From Octopus sinensis (lineage: Eukaryota): 64,000 bases of DNA. The stretch is taken from positions 8,680,001 to 8,744,000 of the forward strand of contig NC_043023.1 of the NCBI RefSeq assembly GCF_006345805.1, read 5' to 3'. Within the stretch, counting starts at the first letter, position 1. The number at the start of each line of letters is the position of its first letter. The position numbers were made by a program, and so were the translations under genes. Positions 1 through 11,729 of the stretch are shown in pieces. The notes beneath the pieces were generated by a model. The model was not told where the DNA came from. It was given only the letters and a program-made list of their open reading frames with translations, and ran no database searches.

Positions 1-1
1 C

Positions 2-667
2 GTTAGCAATAGTAATAATGATAATAACATTAGCCAGATTATTAACAGTGGTGGTGTTAGTGGTAATAGTACCAGCATTCTTAATAACAGTTATATTATT
101 GATGATAACAATCGCAGCATTCCTATAGCCAGGGAATTTGCCGACGATATTACGACTAATAGTAATGATAATAAGATGAATAGTATCGTGGCCAAAGCCA
201 GCAACAATTTTTACACCTATCACAACAATAAAAACTCTGTCTTAGTATCGGAAACCAACCCCAACAGATTAAAGTTCTTATCCAAAAATTCCAAAATTAG
301 AAACACCACTTACCAATGCATAATCTCTTCTGGAACCGATGTCTACTTCTATATTGGCGCAACCTCTTCTAAATTAGCCCAACGGATCTCCAACCATTAT
401 TCCACTTTCAGAGATAAGAGAAAGCAACACAGCACGGGGCTAAGCAAATTAGTCTGGCGTCTGAAGAACAATAACGCTACGTTCAAGCTCGAATGGTCCA
501 TTTTGTCGGTGTCCTTCCCGTTTGATAAAGGCAGAAAATTTTGTGGCATCTGTAATTCCGAACATTTTCATATTTTGTTCGCCAAAGGCCCTTTAATAAA
601 CACAATCGTCGAAAGATCCTACAGGTGTTTACACTGGAAAAGACACACCTTTCACTCATATAAATAG
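2..667 (+). mobile_element. Penelope-like retroelement, 3' end of ORF: Asn/Ser-rich linker plus GIY-YIG endonuclease (ORF open from the window start)
   Basis: Frame 2 reads without a stop from base 2 (VSNSNNDNNISQIINSGG...) into the tracked ORF 176-667. It contains TTYQC...YFYIGAT, R-x-x-NH, T-x-LSKLVWRLK, WSIL, C-x2-C-x2-E and a terminal RCLH, the layout of Penelope-type GIY-YIG domains. A hammerhead lies ~560 bp downstream on the same strand. Confidence 0.85.
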
Positions 668-1221
668 TGACTAATATAGATAACCCCTCGATTTCCAAAA
701 AACGTTTTTGCTATACTTCGCCCCAATAGTCAAAAAGATTTTCTTATATTCACAATTACTACTATCCATTATTGCATTGCCTCTCACCTCGCCCGATTAT
801 TTCTCCCTTTCGCTATCTACTTTCCTTTCTATACAATAAACATAATCGAACACACAGAGACAGATCTTTCATCTCACAGCTGTCAGTTTTCTGACATCAA
901 CCCATCCACAAAGACAATCACGCATTCAGACACACACATACACACATTAAGACAGTTATATAAAGTCACACACAGAGGCACTCATTCACAAAAGAAATCA
1001 TTTAAACTCACTATACTTTTGACCTGCACTCTCTCACCTTACTATTCTTATGCCTCCCTCCTCCTACTTCGTTTGAACTCTTGAACCTTTAGAAACTTCT
1101 AGATTCTTCTACATTCAGCCACTCTGACGCCACTCATTATAAAGAGACACTCATTATCGCCATGGGCTCCTTGAGAGCGGTCAGCTAAAGGTTTTTTGTG
1201 CATTTTGATGTCGACATAAGT

Positions 1222-1318
1222 TCCTTGATTTTCCTGATGAGAAATCTGCATAATGTACTCCTAATTCCTTCGGAATTAGGAATATGCAGCCTTCGAAACA
1301 TATGTCGAGAATAAAGGA
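1222..1318 (+). ncRNA. Type I hammerhead ribozyme, canonical core
   Basis: Stem I is TCCTT-G-ATTTTC (1222-1233) paired with GAGAAT-A-AAGGA (1307-1318). Core CUGAUGA is 1234-1240. Stem II runs GAA/TTC, CTGCATA/TATGCAG, TCCTAATTCC/GGAATTAGGA. GAAA is 1295-1298, stem III is the palindrome ACATATGT, and the GUC cleavage triplet ends at 1306. AATAAA overlaps at 1310-1315. Confidence 0.88.
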
Positions 1319-1519
1319 TATTTGTTAACTAGTCGTTCAACTTCATTCTTTCATATACTTACAATTTTAAAATAAGCATACAAATATCCGCACGAAGACA
1401 CGTAGTCTATGCCCTATGGACGTAGCTTCAACCGTGTTCTTTCTGATGTGAATTTGCTACCTAGGTATCGGTTATCTTTCGAATTATCCTTAATAAGATA
1501 ATTCATTCAATTACTCAAA

Positions 1520-1523
<4 letters not shown>

Positions 1524-1550
<27 letters not shown>

Positions 1551-1572
1551 GCTAGTCTGGCACCCGTGCCGT

Positions 1573-1627
<55 letters not shown>

Positions 1628-1727
1628 TAACAAAACCAAGATTTTGGTTTAATAATTCTTTTATTACTAAATTTTTTGTGAGAAATCTATCCGCAACTAA
1701 TATCCTTTGTCTGCTTGTTTCCGTGAA

Positions 1728-1789
<62 letters not shown>
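1524..1789. repeat. (TA)n microsatellite blocks
   Basis: Three perfect TA runs (about 1524-1550, 1575-1625, 1728-1789). Confidence 0.95.
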
Positions 1790-1792
<3 letters not shown>

Positions 1793-2049
1793 GGTTCTAT
1801 AGGGATAATACCACTGTTGTTTATAGCCCCGGGATGACATTTCCGTTAGCTGCCAAAACGACACACAACTTGTGTCTTACTTGTATTTGCAAACTAATAT
1901 CATGGTTCCCGGCTCTGGTGTTACGTAATAAACACAGGCCCTGATTTCTGGGTAGTAACTCGTCATCGAAACGCGGGTGTTTGTGTATCACGTAAGGCTA
2001 GAGATGGCAATGGTTTTTTCCTTCCGCAAATACTAATCAGACACAACAG

Positions 2050-2560
2050 TGTGTCATTAGCCAAATGGAGAAGATGTCCACCTGGGGCTATAGTCGATTG
2101 AGTTGTCTGCTACTTTAGCTTATAAAGATGTTTTCGGCTTTTCAGGAACACTTCGCGCAGCTCTTTGTGGAACACAGTAGCTCATAGTCAGGGATGTTCT
2201 TTACTGTCTACCAGGATGGTTTGCCGCAACATTCGACTGAAGATACGCTGTTCAGCAAAAGAGCAAAACAGCTGCGGAATTTCGAAAATCGATGAAGGGA
2301 TGCCCTAAGTAGATGTCACCATCATCTTGACACGATTTATTCTGACATATGCTAGTCATATTCGAGGATCTTTCTGTAGATGACTACTGCAACGGGTAAG
2401 CAAAACAGGTGTAATGGGGTTTCAGAGAAAGACCTAGAGGAGGAGGACATTTTGAAAAGTGTCAGATGCATGATTCTGCTAAATGCAAACTTTTCTCCAA
2501 CTCGTCCTCTGATTCCAATGTGTTTCTGACGGTAAACAGTCAAATTCTTTGGAAGCATAA
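2050..2560 (+). mobile_element. Old, degenerate Tx1/L1-clade LINE ORF2 fragment
   Basis: KMFSAFQEHFAQLF (from ~2125) matches KMCEAFQQHFARLF of the young LINE. MILLNAN (~2470-2490) matches ITLLNAD. Multiple stops and frameshifts. Confidence 0.6.
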
Positions 2561-2699
2561 AACAAATGCATTATGTTCTGCTTAGTATTTCTTATTCAAT
2601 AGGAAAACAGTAAGGGAAAAGATAATGAAGGAAATGAAAGGAATGAATAATTATCCGGCGACAGAAAGATAGATATGCACATACCAACACTTATATAAT

Positions 2700-2892
2700 A
2701 TCCTTCCTATCATAGGCACACGTCCTAGAATGCTGGCGGAGGGTGCTAACTGATTATGTCGAATCATCGATTAAAAATAGATAAATGGTGAAGTCGACCT
2801 CGGTTGAATTTGAACTCAGCAATCAAAAGTGGACGAAATGCAGCTCACGATTTTGTCCAGTGTGATTACACATCTACCAGCACGCCGCCTCA
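2700..2892 (-). mobile_element. Degenerate tRNA-derived SINE (family C, same as 58275-59110)
   Basis: AAGTCGACCTCGGTTGAATTTGAACTCAG...GGACGAAATG...CCAGCACGCCGCCT matches the family C core seen at 58.3-59.1 kb, here with its tRNA-like head. Confidence 0.65.
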
Positions 2893-3039
2893 ATCACATG
2901 CATAATATGAAACAATGATGTCAACCGCAGAGGATGGGGTTTAGAGAATGTTAAAAAGAAGGACGAGAAAGAAAGATGAAAATACATTAAATATTTAGAA
3001 ATATAGTCAACAAAAATGTATCAGCGAGACTGATCCAGC

Positions 3040-4240
3040 TTACAAAGCCTTTAATCTGGATAGATTTTCGAATGATCCTACTCTCAAAATTGGCAAATGT
3101 TGGAATCCGTGCAAAACTTCTGCACTGGATTAAGTATTTCCTAGCGAAGAGAACACAACATGTTGTAGTCAATGGAATCCACTCAAGCCCAGCAAAAGTC
3201 ACTAGATTCTCTTGGGCCCGCTCCTCTTTATAATTTACAGAAATGACCTTTCCAGTGTCGTACATTACCGCAAAGTGAAAATATTTGCTGATGACACTAA
3301 GCTCCAGCAAATCATCAATGAAGAAGCGGACCGAACTCAATTCCAGTCTGATCTATATGCTGTGAGTCAATGGGCAGACAAAAACAAAATTCAACTGAAC
3401 GAGGGAAAATTTGAGCTGATGATTTTAGAAGAAAGTCCACACTAAAACAGCCATATTGTCTTCCTTGAGGGGAATCGCTCACAGCCTCTAACAATAACAG
3501 AGACCTGGGCGTAATTGTTGATGACAATCTCAGTTGGAGTGCCCACTTCAACAATAAGGTCGATATAGCTCGTAGGATGAGCTCCTGGATCTTAAGAACC
3601 TTCCGGTCCAGAGAACAAGGTGTCATCATACCACTTTTCTCCTCCTTTGTACGGCTAAACTCGAATACTGCTGCCCCCTGTGGTCTCCCCATATAAGAAA
3701 AAAACATCTCAAAGATTGAATCACCCCAGATGGCATCCACTAAACGAATTGAAGGCATGACTGCTCTCGATTATTGGGACCGCCTTAAAGCCTTAAAACT
3801 CTACTCCCTCCAGTGTCGCCGTGAGCGGTACATCATTTGTACGATGTGGAGAATATACCGCCAACTTTGCCCAAACGAGCTGAGCATTACTTTCAAGGTT
3901 CATCCAAGGCTGGGAACACGTCCCCTGCTTAACTCAGGATCACAGCATATAGGTTCACTGCAACATAATTTCTTTTCCTCAACAGGCCCTGCCCTGTTTA
4001 ACATTGTGCCGGAAGAGATCAAAGAGGAAAAGGATCCCATCAACTTTAAACGGAGTCTGGACAGATTTCTTCAAGGAATACCGGATAAGCCACCCATACC
4101 TGGATACAACTCACTTAACAAAAACTCACTACTTGAATGAAACATAAACAAAAGTTCACTTAAACAAGATCTAGATGATCCTATCAAGTGATGCCATTAA
4201 GTTAGACATGGCCTGGACCAATCTTTGGTCGAAACATATA
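3040..4240 (+). mobile_element. 5'-truncated CR1-clade LINE (RT C-terminal half and 3' end), frameshifted
   Basis: GIRAKLLHWIKYFLAKRTQHVVVNG, GPLLFIIYRND, KIFADDTKL (RT catalytic motif), RDLGVIVDDNLSWSAH, LKALKLYSLQCRRER, FKRSLDRFL. Followed by a (TA)n run. Confidence 0.9.
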
Positions 4241-4249
4241 TAAGTTTAT

Positions 4250-4660
<411 letters not shown>

Positions 4661-5169
4661 TAAACGGTCACCTGTTGGAAACTTTTAGATGAACGGAAAC
4701 TAAGAAAAGCTGATGAACAGACAGTAGCGAGAGGTATTTGGCGGAGAACATGGAAACTATTGGAGACAGACACTTCTACCAGAATCTCATCGAATGATTA
4801 AAACTCCGTTTGAAAAGGAATATGATGGTTGACGGAGATGTGCTTCACACCGTCCAAGTAAATGCGATAAAAGCTGGGTGAAAGCAAAGATGCCATCAGT
4901 CGCTTGATTGGTCCAAGGATGGAGCTGCATCAGATCAAGAAACTAAAAGTTGACTTTTGATGAATCACTAAAGGCGAGTGTTCATTGATTTCAAGCAGAT
5001 ATTAGTAGCTTTTCTGGAGCGCTTTCCAATGTTCGTCGACAATGGTGGGCCTATCACGGCTAAGGGATTCACCGTCTCACTGGACGTCTCGTATTATGTC
5101 TTGGGTGAAGTGGTGAAGCTTTGGAAAAGGCTGATAGCATCTCAGAAAATTCCTGTATCGATGTCTATA

Positions 5170-5540
5170 TTCACGTGGCAGATGTCACCAGGCTTTATCC
5201 ACATCGGTACCATTAGCTCTCTTTGGGTATTTGCCATTGAGATGTTTTCTTTGTCATTTATCTGTAAGAATATCAAAGTCAGATTCTTTGCATGTACTTT
5301 CATTCGCTTAGCATTTTCTGAGCTTGTTTCTAGTACGTCTAACTCTGGGATTTGTTGTATTTGGAATTCGTTTATATATTTGTTTGCATGCTTTATTACT
5401 TTGTATGACACCTTCTTGTTTTCGTGCTTTGAGACAAGTCTTAATATCCAGTGAGAGTTGTTTAGGTAGGTGTTTCGGTCAATTGTTAATTCCAATTGTA
5501 AATGTTATGGCCACCCTCTTTTCTTGGCAGGTAGAATCGT
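5170..5540 (-). mobile_element. R4/Dong-like (RLE) non-LTR fragment, internally deleted; tail of a further copy of the tandem unit
   Basis: Nearly identical to 12390-12465/13251-13525 and 22330-22680 (CACATCGGTACCATTAGCTCTC... and GGCCACCCTCTTTTCTTGGCAGGTA). Confidence 0.7.
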
Positions 5541-6477
5541 TGAAGGACTATATATTTATCCACACATTTCAGGCATAAATATACATATGACTATATACGC
5601 ACTTTTCACAATATACCAATCAGTGATGTAGAACACAAAGACTTATGTAAACGCACATCGTCACACACAAACACGCTCAACTCACACACACTCACATACA
5701 TATATATATAGAGAGAGATAATGCGAGTTAGAGAAGGGCAAAAGAAGGTTAAGAAAGAAAGATGGAAAGATATTAAATTTGAGGAAATATATACTCAGGA
5801 ATATAGTATGAACAAGACTGGTTCAGCTTACAAAATGCCTAAGCTGGGAAGATTTCCAAACGATCCATTTTCAATTTTCTCGATTGCATTATTGGATAGA
5901 ACTCTGAAAGATAATTAATGAAGAAAAAACATAGAAGTGATTAGTCATATAGTTCAAATATTATGTCCAATGAATTAGCTGCTGAAATAGAAGAAAAATA
6001 AGTAGAAGTGAGACAATTTGGTGAAGACGATTATGAAAATGATAAGTGAAGATTATGAAGATAATAATGAAGATGTATGGCATTTTGTTAAGTGATGATG
6101 AAAGCGATAATTATTATGATGAGGGCATTGATGGTGACGGATTTGGTAGTGATGAGGTTGTTTTGGTCTAATGGCATTGAGCCTGTGGTTCTACATTATG
6201 ACTGATAAGAATGATGATGATGGTGATGATGACGATGATCATAATGACGATGATGTTGACGACCTCTACGAGGACGCAGACGATGATTATGACAATAGTT
6301 ACTGATGGTGCTCTTAATATTTGGAATGATGATGATGAGGAGGAGGATGACGCTGATATACAAAGTTGAAACTATAACAAATGAGAAGGATGAGAATAGG
6401 AATAAAATTAACGACGAGCAGTTATTGATAAATGAGATGAAAAGGGTAAAGAAAACTAAACTAGAACTGGAGACATG

Positions 6478-6573
<96 letters not shown>

Positions 6574-6578
6574 CATCC

Positions 6579-6613
<35 letters not shown>

Positions 6614-6670
6614 CATCCATCTATCTATCTATCTATCTATATATCTATCTCTCTATCTATCTATCTATCA
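6478..6670. repeat. (TATC)n microsatellite in the tandem unit (also 16615-16850 and 24030-24175)
   Basis: Perfect TATC runs whose length differs between copies. Confidence 0.95.
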
Positions 6671-7479
6671 CTTTATCAATACATCTACCGGTCGCCAGAC
6701 GGATACGTAAACACATACACACATTTACCAATATATATAGGTATATATTTGTGTGTGTATATATATATATGTGTGTGTGTGTGTATGTAACACGTTTATA
6801 CATGTACTTTTTTCAGTAATTTGACAATGGCCATGCTAGGGCCTTTATTCGAACTAATCGAGCCCGGCACTTATTTGTTGAAAGACTAGCACTTATTATC
6901 TCGGTGTCTTTTGCCGAACCACTAAGTTACAGGGTGTGTAACACCAACATTGGTTATTAGGTGATCTTGAGGTAACACAAATACATACATAAATCTGTCT
7001 ATATTTGTGTTTCTGTGCTTGTGCTAGCACTAGCACTAACCACTTTCCAACACCCAGACAACAAAACATCATCTACACACCCATACACAATCATCCGCAC
7101 ACCCACACACTACAGACGCACACAGCAACGCATGCATACATCCACACACCATAGTCATTAGCCCCTCTCAACACACACACACACAATTGCACATTCTTAC
7201 ATACACCACCGAACGTGCACCATTGTTTTGGGATCACCATTTGTTTATTATCTCCCATCAAGCTAAGTTTTTCCTAACCAGTTGCCTTCCTTGATCCGTA
7301 AATCGACAAGATTTTTAATCGCTTTTTGTTCATGTTCTCCTTTCTCTTTCTGTTGAGGAGCATAGGCTCGAAAATAAAAGGATTTCTCAATTTCCCGAGC
7401 GTTGAATCTAACACCTGTTTTCGACTTTCATTTTCCCGTAAATTTAATCTACCGACACACAAACACGCAAACACACACA

Positions 7480-7534
<55 letters not shown>

Positions 7535-7848
7535 CTATATATTATCCACAACCATAGCAACAATCCAACATACCTGTATCATCAGCTACCCCAGGGTTAC
7601 CATTATGGATTCGACACCTGGTCACTCACTAGCCTTCATTCCGGCAGTGTGAACATCACTAAAATAGGTGTTGTAGGGGAAATCAAAGAAACCACAAATT
7701 TCAACCACATTTACCCTATGTATAACTGTATCAATAGATAATTCAATAAGTAAATTACAACTCCTAAGTACGTAACTAAACAGCGTGAAATCTTTTCAAT
7801 CATACAAAAATTATAATCTCTACCGTCTTCCGTAGTATGATATGAAAG

Positions 7849-8099
7849 CCGTACAAAGGAGGTGAAAAGTGGTATGATGACACCTTGTTCTCCGGACCGG
7901 AAGGTTCTTAAGATCCAGGAGCTCCTCCTACGAGCTATATCGACCTAATTGTTGAAGTGGGCACTCCAACTGAGATTGTCATCAACAATTACGCCCAGGT
8001 TTCTGATATTGTTAGAGGCTGTGAGCGGTTCCCCTGAAGGAAGAGAATATGGCTGTTTTAGTGTGGACTTTCTTCCAAAATGCATCAGAACAAATTTTC
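7849..8099 (-). mobile_element. Internal CR1 fragment present only in unit copy 1
   Basis: Reverse complement aligns to 3405-3657 (MHFGRKSTLKQPYSLPSGEPLTASNNIRNLGVIVDDNLSWSAH). Copies 2 and 3 read GAAAG-TAAAA-CCTTAA across this site. Confidence 0.92.
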
Positions 8100-8324
8100 C
8101 CTTAACGACCACAATAGTGCAATCATTCAATATATAGGAGGTTAAAACACTAACTTCCAGAGCATACCTCGAGACAGGTGTGATCGGACTGAAAGTTCTC
8201 ATAGAGTGAGAGAGTCCGGAAGTGAATAGTATTAAATTTACATCTAATATGGGATAAAATATTCGAAAAAATGTTATCAATGGCCAGCACGTTAAAAAAA
8301 TGCCTTTGAAGGTTAAATTTACAA

Positions 8325-8906
8325 ACAACTTATAAACAAGGACAAAAAAAAATAATCCAATGCCAAATATGCCGAAATAGACTTAATCGTCAATAACCAT
8401 ATAATTTATCACTATAAGCCCGCGTCTCGAAAGCAAGCCGATAGAATTTTCAAAAACAAATTTCGTTATTATCGGATCGATCCCAATTTCTGAGTTAATC
8501 CATTTAGAATTTTCTCGTCATCAGCGATAAATACGATAAGAGAATTCTCCAAGAGAATTTCCAGTCCGTTCACACGTGCCTCGAGGTATGCTGCGGAATT
8601 TCTAGTTTGGATATATTTGGGGTACTTAAGTGTGTTCATGACTTAGTGTTTACTTCTTCCATAGGTACAAGTAAGTATCTCATTTATTTTCTTATCGTAT
8701 TTATCGCTGATGACGAGAAAATTCTAAATGAATTAACTCACAAATGGGGATCGATCCGATAATAACGAAATTTTTTTGGAAATTTCTATCAGCTTGCTTT
8801 AGAGACGCGTGCTTATAGTGATAAATTATATGGTTATTGACGATTAAGTCTATTTCGGCATATTTGGCATTGAATTCTCTTTCTTTTGCCCTTGTTTATA
8901 AGTTGT
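8325..8906. repeat. Inverted repeat, ~217-bp arms (8325-8541 / 8690-8906), ~150-bp spacer; also at ~18256-18838 and ~25655-26226
   Basis: ACAACTTATAAACAAGG...CAGCGATAAATACGATAAGA is mirrored by TCTTATCGTATTTATCGCTG...CCTTGTTTATAAGTTGT. Confidence 0.93.
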
Positions 8907-9499
8907 ATATATATATATATTTCATGCTTGTGTGTCCATTTTTCTTGCTGACCTTAAGTCATTTTATCGTTACCTCTTTATTTATTTATAAATAAATTTA
9001 GATAATTTCCCCTCCGTTGAAATGCAAAACTTTATATAACACGGAATTCAAACTATAAATTTTGTTGCATTTAAACCGTTCTTTAAATGCACTTCGTTTA
9101 AACTAAGTATAGAGTATTATGATTTCGTTAGTTTTAATATTAACATTGATATTCATGAAATCTACGTCCCATGTAAATTTAAATTGAACTTGATTAAAAT
9201 TTTGAATGTTGCAGCATAAATTCCAATTTCTGCTTGTTTAACCGTGAAAAGAGCTATAAAGAATCAATTAGAATTAGGAAGGTAATAACTTTTCCATATG
9301 AATAAGAAGAAATATGTGTGAATTTATATATAAATAAATGAAGAGGTAGGGAAAAAGATTTAAGCTCAGGAACACAGATACACACACAAATATGAATTAT
9401 ATACATATAAATTTATATATATTTCTACACAGAAACACACTGTAGAGGGAATAAAGGGGCTACCCAATACACTGCAAGTGGCGCTGCCACCGACGAGAT

Positions 9500-11720
9500 T
9501 TCCTCTTGTCCGCTTCTCCAACGGTAAACACGAGGATTGTTTTCATTTTTGCAGGCTTTAATGACAATGTCCGACATATGGGCGAATGAGTGTAGGTGCA
9601 ACGTGGCAACGGAAAACAATTTGGTGTTGATGAATCAGGTGAGATGCGTTCTCTTCGATTCTAAGCAGATATTTGCGGCCTTTAGGGAACACTACGTGCA
9701 TCGGTTTCTGGAGGTTAGTGGTCCATTGACTATGAAACTCTTAACCGTCTACGTAGACGGCTTGCGGCAACACTCGAATGAAACTACGGCGTTCTACAAA
9801 TGGTGGAAAATTGTTGCGGTATTCGAGATGCCGGGTTAGATGTCGCCATGGCTTGAGGATCAGCCTTACGCAGTTTAAAATTATTTGCCATAAATAGCAG
9901 TGAGTGCAATGGCAGGGGTCTACAACAAAGGGAAGAAGAACGAGATGATTCTTTGTCCTGATAAATGGTGGGGGTCACGGCAATGTTGAGAAAGAACTTT
10001 AAAAAAATGTATTTGATAATAATTTGAGACTCGTAATTAGGCTAAATGCCGACGATTCCATATCAAAATCATCTAAGCACAACAGGTTCCTGCTTGCACA
10101 GTACATGACAAACAGAATGAGTAACAAATGCGTTTCCAATGAAATCCTAATTTTGTGATAATCAAATGCCAACTGTTGGCGCCTGCACTGAAGGAAGCCG
10201 GATTCGGTCCTGTTTCCAGAGGCTGGATCGCAGTAACCTACAACAAATTTTGCTTGTTGGAACCATTCAAATCAACTGGAACTAAGAAACCTGGCGAACA
10301 GGCTATAAGCTGAGAGGTAGTGTGGTGGAGAATACAGAACGGTTGAAGAGAGAGAGATAATACGATCAAACTCTCATCGAAGCCTAAAAATTCCATTTAA
10401 AATGACGGTGAGGGTGGAGTGAGAGAGGAATCCACACCACCCAAGTTAATGTAGGGAAAAGTGGGGGAATACTAAACTGCACTTGTAAGCTGAGTCATAC
10501 CGAGGAAGATGGAGTAATTGTAGTCGTAGTCTTGACCTAACTTTTTTTACAACATCTCCCATAATGGCATGGACGATCCTAAAATTACTTGAATAGTTTA
10601 TGACTGGGAGCCACATGAGTTTCAGCTTCGTCAGTCAACAATATTGGCCTAAGAAGCAGGTATTCCTCAGTCGGTAGCGGTCACTTACTATCCATCATCT
10701 AGAAGACAGTGAAAAACCTGGGGAAGGTGTTTAAATTTAACCGGAGTGACACATAATCTAATTGTGAAAGCAACAAGGATTCTGAAAGGAGACTATCTAC
10801 AGTGGACATGTGATGTCTCCCCGTAATTTTAAGACCTGGAGTTAAAAATAGTGCATCCGCCATGGATCAGTTGGCAGTTCTCCGTACATGACATTTCAAT
10901 ATCCTCATTGAAGAGAAGGAAGCGATTTCCTGTGAAAAAGGCTGAGCAACGTAGTCCTGAGTGGAAAATACAATTTGAAGCACTTCATAAGCAGCCTCAG
11001 GGAAATCTTCGTTCTCTGTGATTAGATGTTGCGTTAGCGAGGCTTTCGGTACGAGGGCAATACATCACGGAATTGGAGTAGGGTGGAGGATTTCTTGGCT
11101 TCACAGGTATGTGATGAAAAACCTGATTTGGGTAGCACCACAACACCTCACTGTGACAAGTGGCAAGAAAGGTTTAGGAAGTTACTGAAAAAGAAAGGTG
11201 TGTATGTCTTACTACTTTCATACTAATAGAGAGTCTTTTGTTTGTCTCTAACCTGATGGTTACTCTTATTTTACGAGAGTGGCAGATGCTTCTGCGCACT
11301 CTTACATCCTCACGTGGGACGTATAGTTTATTTATATCTGCCTCTGGGAGATGCATGTAGTGTATTGTGAGAGAATTGCTTTGTTTCGATTCGGTGATAC
11401 ACATCTCATTCGTGGATCATTTTATGGTATCAAAGCTGCAGCCTAGAGGACCTATATATAAGGTATTCATTGCATCAGTCTTTTCTTCAAATGGAAATAG
11501 GTTTTTGTGGTGGCGGCTCAAGGGAATGCGGTGTGATGCGAGAAGTCATATCAGCACATTCAATAATAGAAGAGACTAGCCATAACAGTTTTAATATATC
11601 GACGGAATTAAATGCAGGAAGATAAGGGAAAAAATGCGGTGTTTGGGAATTTCATGAAGGAGATGACGATATGTTCAAAGAATATGAGTTTGTTTTAAAA
11701 CTTAAAATTAAATACACAGT
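9500..11720 (+). mobile_element. Ancient Tx1/L1-clade ORF2 relic inside the tandem unit (copies ~19430-21660 and ~26835-28150)
   Basis: QIFAAFREHY matches KMCEAFQQHF. DNNLRLVIRLNAD matches DNFRPITLLNAD. LAPALKEAGFGPVSRGWIA matches LEAVLRAAGFGPVFRGWIA. FLWWRLKG matches CIWWTRLKG of the young LINE at 61-64 kb. Confidence 0.8.
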
Positions 11721-11729
11721 ATTTTACGT

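Noticed and set aside
1550-1580. GCTAGTCTGGCACCCGTGCC, resembling a minus-strand Helitron 3' end
   Set aside because: Only ~25 bp between TA runs, with half the hairpin and no body. Not supportable.
1930-1985. Hammerhead-like fragment (CTGAT...GAAACGCG flanked by AAACAC/GTGTTT)
   Set aside because: The core is broken (CTGATTT) and there is no valid NUH cleavage triplet on either strand.
7720-7790. Possible minus-strand LRR exon in the tandem unit (YVLRSCNLLIEL)
   Set aside because: 61 nt rather than ~72 nt, the LxxLxLxxN spacing is wrong, and the splice phase does not fit.
8703-8780. CTGATGA within the inverted repeat as a hammerhead core
   Set aside because: No stem II closing onto GAAA and no stem I or stem III partner.
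9160-9270. Good minus-strand acceptor followed by an LRR-like peptide (IGIYAATFKILIKF)
   Set aside because: The frame is closed by TAA in copies 2 and 3, and the spacing is imperfect. AT-rich sequence mimics LRRs easily.
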